Assembly (NCBI GenBank): GCA_964016885.1
Contig: OZ024761.1
Location: forward strand, 9,796,001 to 9,860,000
Direction of reading: 5' to 3'
DNA: 64,000 bases
Origin: Eledone cirrhosa
Taxonomy: Eukaryota
In this document: in pieces, positions 56,670 to 64,000 of the stretch
Numbering within the stretch: position 1 is the first letter of the stretch
Layout: every line of letters begins with the position of its first letter
Notes under the pieces: generated by a model
Told to the model about the DNA's origin: nothing
What the model saw: the letters and a program-made list of their open reading frames with translations, nothing else
Database searches by the model: none
Made by a program: the position numbers and the translations under genes

Positions 56670-58702
56670 CATACATACACATACATATATACACATATAT
56701 ATATACATATACACACATATATATATATACATGCACATACATATACATACAGAGACATACACATATATACAGACCATAAACACACATACACATATATTCA
56801 CATATAAATATATGTATCTGCTCAGTATCATATTTTGATGCAGTATATACAGTATATAATGTTATATATACATTACATATATAGTATATAATGTTATATA
56901 CACATTACATATACAGTATATAATGTTATATATACATTACATATATAGTATATAATGTTATATATACATTACATATACAGTATATAATGTTATATATACA
57001 TTACATATATAGTATATAATGTTATATATACATTACATATACAGTATATAATGTTATATATACATTACATATACAGTATATAATGTTATATATACATTAC
57101 ATATACAGTATATAATGTTATATATACATTACATATACAGTATATAATGTTATATATACATTACATATACAGTATATAATGTTATATATACATTACATAT
57201 ACAGTATATAATGTTATATATACATTACATATACAGTATATAATGTTATATATACATTACATATACAGTATATAATGTTATATACACATTACATATATAG
57301 TATATAATGTTATATACATATTACATATACAGTATATAATGTTATATATACATTACATATACAGTATATAATGTTATATATACATTACATATACAGTATA
57401 TAATGTTATATATATATTACATATACAGTATATAATGTTATATATACATTACATATACAGTATATAATGTTATATACACATTACATATACAGTATATAAT
57501 GTTATATACATATTACATATACAGTATATAATGTTATATATACATTACATATACAGTATATAATGTTATATACATATTACATATACAGTATATAATGTTA
57601 TATACATTACATATACAGTATATAATGTTATATACATATTACATAAACAGTATATAATGTTATATACACAGTATATAATGTTATATACATATTACATATA
57701 CAGTATATAATGTTATATACACATTACATATACAGTATATAATGTTATATACATATTACATATACAGTATATAATGTTATATATACATTACATATACAGT
57801 ATATAATGTTATATACATATTACACACACTTGCAACACAATTTTTTAAAAGAAAAATAATTATGATAAAAAGTTCATTAATTAATTTTTTGTCTTTTTTT
57901 TTAATTCCAAAAGGTCAAAGGTCATTTGGATTACATGAAAAAATTAGACAATGTCCTGAAAGTTGTTGGAATACGGACGGAGAAGATGTCCAGTCTCTCA
58001 TCTCCTGCTTCATCTCTGGCAGTTCTGTGTTCGGATCGGAAGGTGGATGAGACCCCAGAACAAGTGGAGAACCCCAACGATCCATCCAAGAATTCCAGCT
58101 TAAACTTGGCAGAAGGAGCACAAAGCCCTGATCCCAAGCTCAATCCTGACCCGGATCCTGATCCTGACCTTGATGAGTACGACTCCTTTAACCTGCTCAG
58201 TTGCTCCGACCTCGATTTCAACTCGGAATACAGCCTCACATACGACTCAGCTGCAGAAAATATTGCACTTGATTCTCTTAAACTCATCTCGCCCTCCGAC
58301 CATGCTGAAGAACTTTCCAGAAGCTCAGCTCTTGCTGAAGCTAGGTGCAACGCAATCTGTTCAACTTCTAACTTTGATTCATCTGATGATGATGATGATG
58401 ATGTTAATGATGATCGTGGTGGTGATGGTGATGGTGATGATGATGGCCTCAATAACACTGTTGTTGTGGCCTCCACAGCTGTGCCTTGTTGTGATGATTC
58501 AGCATCTGATTCAGGAAACTGGGACACCCCCACCAGCAACTTTGGAGATTCCACTGAGCCAAGCTCCCCTTCCGATGGCACACCTAGTAATCTTGTGACG
58601 CACTGCAGCTCCCGTGATATTACTACTACTATTACCACTACTACTACTAGTGGTAAACTTTATAAGAGACATACTTTTAATTCAGAGAAGATTAATAGCT
58701 AA
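39617..58702 (+). CDS. TMCO4: Transmembrane and coiled-coil domain protein 4 (DUF726, alpha/beta-hydrolase-like), complete: join(39617-39783, 40602-40659, 41485-41629, 45181-45313, 45831-45928, 48451-48594, 49613-49759, 50529-50690, 51207-51343, 52654-52738, 54727-54844, 55320-55437, 57914-58702); 2301 nt, 766 aa
   Basis: 13 GT-AG exons splice in one frame from ATG to stop; diagnostic segments [90 protein letters not shown]. Confidence 0.95.
39904..39966 (+). ncRNA. Type I hammerhead ribozyme motif in TMCO4 intron after coding exon 1
   Basis: attatattttct-CTGATGA-gga c gtac tgtt gtac c tcc-GAAA-tatgta-TA-ataaaatgtaat. Confidence 0.8.
40602..40659 (+). CDS. TMCO4: TMCO4 coding exon 2
   Basis: tag|G...CAG|gtgagg; [19 protein letters not shown]; phases fit both neighbours. 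Confidence 0.85.
41022..41081 (+). ncRNA. Type I hammerhead ribozyme motif in TMCO4 intron after coding exon 2
   Basis: tttcatt-CTGATGA-a tgaaagcaa ttttgg ttgctttca a-GAAA-ccactgg-TA-aatgaaa; perfect 7-bp helix I and 9-bp helix II. Confidence 0.8.
41485..41629 (+). CDS. TMCO4: TMCO4 coding exon 3
   Basis: ttag|GTT...G|gtaata; [48 protein letters not shown]. Confidence 0.9.
41670..42470. repeat. C-rich 31/41-bp minisatellite
   Basis: Unit ccagcccaccaacaactccctctcaccaccc with optional ccagcaaacc. Confidence 0.92.
43590..43780. mobile_element. Unclassified fold-back repeat family inserted in (TA)n
   Basis: ggaaaaagtatgaccccgacggcaga...tctgccgtcggggtcatactttttcc plus a conserved tail; related copies near 19615, 20400, 43957, 62700 and 63021. 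Confidence 0.6.
44925..45133. mobile_element. Non-autonomous piggyBac-type MITE nested in a SINE tail
   Basis: TTAA|CCCTTTAGCATTTA...TAAATGCTAAAGAG|TTAA. Confidence 0.8.
45181..45313 (+). CDS. TMCO4: TMCO4 coding exon 4
   Basis: ttag|GG...CA|gtgagt; [37 protein letters not shown]. Confidence 0.93.
45831..45928 (+). CDS. TMCO4: TMCO4 coding exon 5
   Basis: tcag|G...G|gtgagt; [32 protein letters not shown]. Confidence 0.95.
46162..46204 (+). ncRNA. Degenerate hammerhead motif (core G8 changed to C)
   Basis: accgag-CTGATCA-tcc gattat ggt-GAAA-catttg-TT-ctcggt; perfect 6-bp helix I. Confidence 0.6.
46247..46803 (+). mobile_element. RTE-clade LINE 3' fragment (RT C-terminal region)
   Basis: [13 protein letters not shown]...[18 protein letters not shown]...[12 protein letters not shown]...[10 protein letters not shown] with a (GAT)n tail. 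Confidence 0.88.
46939..47936 (+). mobile_element. Non-autonomous Helitron-like element
   Basis: 5' A|TC, internal (GT)n, 3' GC-rich hairpin cccgagcaacgccggg followed by CTAG|T; the 5' boundary may instead be 46952. Confidence 0.65.
48451..48594 (+). CDS. TMCO4: TMCO4 coding exon 6 (Gly/Ala-rich hydrophobic segment)
   Basis: acag|GT...G|gtatct; [48 protein letters not shown]. Confidence 0.95.
48980..49042 (+). ncRNA. Hammerhead motif with shortened helix III/cleavage region
   Basis: tattttat-CTGATGA-...-GAAA-tatat-ataaaata; 3 nt shorter than sister copies. Confidence 0.6.
49142..49212 (-). ncRNA. Hammerhead motif (left arm of palindrome)
   Basis: Exact reverse complement of 49331-49401. 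Confidence 0.78.
49331..49401 (+). ncRNA. Type I hammerhead ribozyme motif (right arm of palindrome)
   Basis: tattttat-CTGATGA-gaa.gcaaa catcat ccc atgatg..tttgt ttt-GAAA-tgcgca (palindrome)-TA-ataaaata. Confidence 0.82.
49613..49759 (+). CDS. TMCO4: TMCO4 coding exon 7
   Basis: gcag|GC...G|gtaagt; [19 protein letters not shown]...[12 protein letters not shown]. Confidence 0.95.
49870..50480. repeat. 48-bp minisatellite (about 13 units)
   Basis: Unit ttttacagagtgtactgggggtattttatcatgacaccaacactacca. Confidence 0.92.
50529..50690 (+). CDS. TMCO4: TMCO4 coding exon 8
   Basis: ccag|AC...G|gttggt; [31 protein letters not shown]...[10 protein letters not shown]. Confidence 0.95.
51207..51343 (+). 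CDS. TMCO4: TMCO4 coding exon 9
   Basis: atag|GT...CAG|gtgggc; [46 protein letters not shown]. Confidence 0.95.
51667..51732 (-). ncRNA. Hammerhead motif (left arm of 371-bp palindrome)
   Basis: Exact reverse complement of 51886-51951. Confidence 0.7.
51886..51951 (+). ncRNA. Hammerhead motif (right arm of 371-bp palindrome)
   Basis: tattttgt-CTGAGGA-helix II-GAAA-tatata-TA-gtgaaata. Confidence 0.72.
52376..52433 (-). ncRNA. Type I hammerhead ribozyme motif
   Basis: actgc-CTGATGA-ggt c atagccat tca atggctat c atc-GAAA-tatatata-TA-gcagt. Confidence 0.8.
52654..52738 (+). CDS. TMCO4: TMCO4 coding exon 10 (GxSxG motif)
   Basis: tcag|GGA...G|gtaggt; [28 protein letters not shown]. Confidence 0.95.
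52915..53947 (+). mobile_element. CR1 3' fragment with a 61-bp tandem array and a 263-bp insertion
   Basis: About six 61-bp units at 53060-53425, insertion 53426-53688, element then resumes to the (ATT)n tail. Confidence 0.75.
54090..54362 (+). mobile_element. RTE LINE 3' fragment
   Basis: Aligns to 46520-46800. Confidence 0.8.
54727..54844 (+). CDS. TMCO4: TMCO4 coding exon 11
   Basis: tcag|GT...AG|gttagt; [40 protein letters not shown]. Confidence 0.95.
55320..55437 (+). CDS. TMCO4: TMCO4 coding exon 12
   Basis: ccag|G...GTG|gtgagt; [39 protein letters not shown]. Confidence 0.95.
56148..56476 (+). mobile_element. tRNA-derived CORE/RTE-tail SINE (full copy)
   Basis: Near-identical to 2809-3143; partial copies near 5971-6245, 8246-8587, 39050-39235 and 59030-59303. 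Confidence 0.8.
56840..57825. repeat. 32-bp AT-rich minisatellite (about 30 units)
   Basis: Unit cagtatataatgttatatatacattacatata. Confidence 0.92.
57914..58702 (+). CDS. TMCO4: TMCO4 last coding exon with long acidic low-complexity tail
   Basis: aag|GTC AAA GGT CAT; [22 protein letters not shown]... open to TAA ending at 58702. Confidence 0.92.
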   Translation, partial: VKGHLDYMKKLDNVLKVVGIRTEKMSSLSSPASSLAVLCSDRKVDETPEQVENPNDPSKNSSLNLAEGAQSPDPKLNPDPDPDPDLDEYDSFNLLSCSDLDFNSEYSLTYDSAAENIALDSLKLISPSDHAEELSRSSALAEARCNAICSTSNFDSSDDDDDDVNDDRGGDGDGDDDGLNNTVVVASTAVPCCDDSASDSGNWDTPTSNFGDSTEPSSPSDGTPSNLVTHCSSRDITTTITTTTTSGKLYKRHTFNSEKINS

Positions 58703-58744
58703 TAATTTATTAAATTAAAGTTGTCTGTGTATATAGTGTATGTA

Positions 58745-58786
<42 letters not shown>

Positions 58787-58843
58787 CATACACACACACA
58801 CACACACATATGTATATATATATTTATATATATATATATACAT

Positions 58844-58881
<38 letters not shown>

Positions 58882-59779
58882 ATTTAATCTGTACATATAA
58901 TAAATATGTATATACATACATATATATATATATAAATATATGCATATATATATACGCACTAATACAGAAGACCCGACTTCTCACGGGTACAAGCTGAAGC
59001 TGAAGCATAAGACAATATGCCCCCACACCCTCCCACTGCAAAGTGGTCGTGGAGGTGTCACAACAAAAAAGCACCCAGCCCACACTGTAAAGTGGTCGTG
59101 GAGGTGTCACGACAAAAAAGCACCCAGCACTCACTGTAAATGAGATTGGTGTTAGGAAGGGCATCCAGCTGTAGAAATCAAGCCAAAATCAGTTCCTGTA
59201 TGAGCAGGACATGGTCACCCGACCTGGCACTGCCCACAACAAGACAACCCGTCTAACCCATGCTAGCGTGGAAGAATGGACATAAAACGGTGATGATGAT
59301 GATATATATATATATAAAATATGAATAAGATGTTACAAATTTAAAAACTAGTAAGATCATATAAGACACACAGGGATAAGGGGAACCTGTTAAAAACTGG
59401 ATACTCCCAATATAAAGAATTTATTCATTCATCCCTGGTTTGTCATCATCATCATCATCATCATTTTACATCCATTTTACAGAAAATGATGATGATGGTT
59501 ATGATAAAACTAAATGATATCAATATCTTTTGAGATTGGTTCATTAAATCAAAAACAACCCTATCTAGAATCAAAATGTGGACCATACTGTGAAAAAACT
59601 CGCTTTAAGATTTTGAAATCCAGAAAAAATACAGGGGAGAGTACTCCTACAATGTTAGCTGATCCAAATTTTATTTAAAACATTTTTACACGCTGCAATA
59701 GTGAATGTCTTTGTCTTAACCCTTTTGTCACCATATTTCTAACGAAATAATTTCTATTTTGATTAATTCGTGAAAACTT

Positions 59780-61270
<1,491 letters not shown>

Positions 61271-62899
61271 ATGAGGGAGTCCAACAGAAACCAATTTGCC
61301 TCGATGAAGGAATTAATAAGAATCAATTATTCAGAGCACAATGCAAATATAATTTGTGAAGCACAAATAAGATAAAGAAATATTTACTTATTTACTCAGA
61401 GCGTCCCTACTGCAGTTTCATTGAGCAAACTTCACCATTTTGAGATGAATGTGTGTCTATATATATATATATAGCCAAAGCATTAAAACTCTTTTCCTAC
61501 TACAACACGTGTAAAATGAATATATTTTTTCATTATACTGTATTGTTTGCATTGTTATTCCTCTTTATCTTTTACATAACGCCCCCCCCCCACACACACA
61601 CACGTAGATATATGTGAATATATATATATGTGTTTATAGTGCTATATACATATGCACTATTATATATATATGTGTATCACACAATACAATATAATTAGCA
61701 CCCCAAACATTTAATTGTGAATATACTCCGGTATTTCCTAATGTTTGTTGAGTGAGTTGGAAATTGGTCGGAGTATCGCTAATAGCTTTCTCCGTTTATG
61801 TAATTATATATATCTGTGTCCATTTCAAAATTGTTTATGTACAAAGGGAAAGAAATCCTGCAGCCACAATAGCAATTGTTTCAACAATCTGCTGGTTTGA
61901 AAAGTGATGGGTTCCTGGTGTTGCTTTTCTGTAAAATATTAAGAAATTGATTAAAGTGTAACTAAAGAGACGTCAGATACTCAGCAATTTGAAAGACATC
62001 GAATTTTCTAGCAAATTTTTTCTGGAATATACTCAAGAATCGCCTCCCTTGTGTGTTTCTCTCTCTCTCTTGACATAGATATGATATTGACATTTTTTTT
62101 TTACATATCTCAAGATTTGCCTCCCTTGTCGAAACAGGCTGATCGCTTCTGAACCTGCTAGAAATAGCAACCAAATGTCACCTCGTGCACCAATAAGCCA
62201 TGTCCATCACGACCAACATGAAAAACTCGTCCATATAAGTATGTATAGATATGTCTACATATCTACACACTCACATTCAGAGTGAGAAGAGTAATAAATG
62301 TAAAAAAAAATTTTGAGAAAAAGCACGTGTGCATTCAGTCAGCCATAGGAACGGAAATAGTACACCCTCTCTCTCTCATATATATATACACATACACACA
62401 CATATATATATATACACACACATATATATATATATACACACACATATATGTATATATATATATATATGTGTGTGTGTTGCACCACCAGAAAAACAATTAC
62501 ATAAGACAAACATACAACTTCATCTTTACCTCGTCAGCTACGTTGCTGGTGAGCGGTTTCGCTCAGTGTGGAACCGTTATGTTGGTAAGATGTATGTGTG
62601 ACGATATCAAAGGAAAGAATGGAGAGGAAAAATTGTTTTTCGATTAAAAAAACAGATAAGTACATGAAATAATTATTTCATATATATATATATATAGATA
62701 TGAAACTATTCAAGACCCCGACGGCTGAGCTCCGGCCATTTCGACGGCTAGATCCGAACAGTTCGGATCAAGCTGTCGAAACGGCTGGAGCTCAGCCATC
62801 GGGGTCCTGAATCTTTTCATATTACCCACTCTACTGCCCCAAGTATCGAGTACTCTGGTGGGTTATGGTCCACCTGGTATCTTACCACACCCTATCTGA

Positions 62900-62935
<36 letters not shown>

Positions 62936-63237
62936 CAAAGATGTTAAAATCCGCGGCGCAAGCGATTTCGGCTTGTGTGTTTAGCAAGCCTTTTCAGGGG
63001 TGTAGTAATATATATATATAGGAAAAAGTATGACCCCGACGGCAGAGCTCAAGCCGTTTCGACGGCTATTTCTGGACTCTACTACCCTAAGTATTGAGTA
63101 CTCTGGTGCGTTATGGTCCATCTGGTTCCTTACCACATTTCCTTTGTTATATATATAATCAAAATTGGCGACAGGCACAAGAAGTCTATGGTCGTTGTCT
63201 ATCGACATTGACTGACACAGTTGTTGTTTTTTTTTAT

Positions 63238-63645
63238 TAATAATTGTTTCTTCTTTGGGCACAAGGCCAGCAATTACGCAGTGCATTACTGGTACTTTAT
63301 TTTATCGACCCTGTAAGGATGAAAGGCAAAGTTAACCTCGGCGGGATTTGAACTCAGTCCGTAAAGGGACGTAACTGTGCTGAAAAGCATGGCGTCCGAC
63401 CCTCTACCGATACTGCCAATTTGGTATTTATTAAATACCGTTGTTTTTTATTAATAATTGTTTCTACGTTAGGCACAAGGCCAGCAATTACCAATTACCC
63501 AGCGTATTACTGGTACTTTATTTTATCGACCCCGTAAGTATGAAAGGCAAAGTTAACCTCGTCGGGATTTGAACTCAGAATGGCAAGGGCCGTAACTCTA
63601 TGCGCCAAAGCATGGCATCCGACACTCTACCAATACTGCCAATCC
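63238..63645 (-). mobile_element. Two tandem Nin/Deu-type SINE copies
   Basis: Both align to 1933-2125. Confidence 0.75.
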
Positions 63646-64000
63646 ATTTATTAATAATATTTGCCCACATATGTCATTCAGTTGGATCGAATCCAGGACT
63701 TAGTAATTGTGAAACGAGGTTCTTAACCAATCAAATCACTTTATAATTACATTTCTTTTTTTGTTAAAATGTTCTTTTCTAATAAATGAATAAACAACTG
63801 CAACAACAGCTAATTAGACGATTGTTTACCAAATACCGTCTTCACACCTTAAACATCACATCTATTGAGTTTACTATCACTACTACTACTACTACGACTA
63901 CTACTATCACTATCACTACTACCACTACCACTACTACTACTATTATGCCGTGTAATAAGAGAATGATTATATCCTGTGAGACACACTTATCTTCCCATAA

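Noticed and set aside
57931-58638. 235-aa antisense ORF
   Set aside because: Shadow of the low-complexity TMCO4 last exon with no independent signals.

Overview
Eukaryotic (animal) genomic DNA, very AT- and microsatellite-rich. The repeat landscape points to a cephalopod, probably an octopus (inference). Two spliced protein-coding genes lie head-to-head. MAPKAPK5 (MK5/PRAK) is on the minus strand with 8 coding exons (17074 down to 228) and runs off the window start. TMCO4 (DUF726 alpha/beta-hydrolase-like membrane protein) is complete on the plus strand with 13 coding exons (39617-58702, 766 aa). Almost all long ORFs in the supplied track are artefacts of low-complexity repeats. Introns and the intergenic region hold tRNA-derived SINEs, CR1- and RTE-type LINE fragments, piggyBac-type and Helitron-type non-autonomous elements and several minisatellites. 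The most striking unannotated signal is about 15 type-I hammerhead ribozyme motifs (helix I - CUGANGA - helix II - GAAA - short palindromic helix III - NUH). They belong to several sequence families, mostly sit next to (TA)n tracts and are often duplicated in long fold-back palindromes, which is the architecture of Penelope-like retroelement pLTRs. Several are in sense orientation inside introns of both genes.
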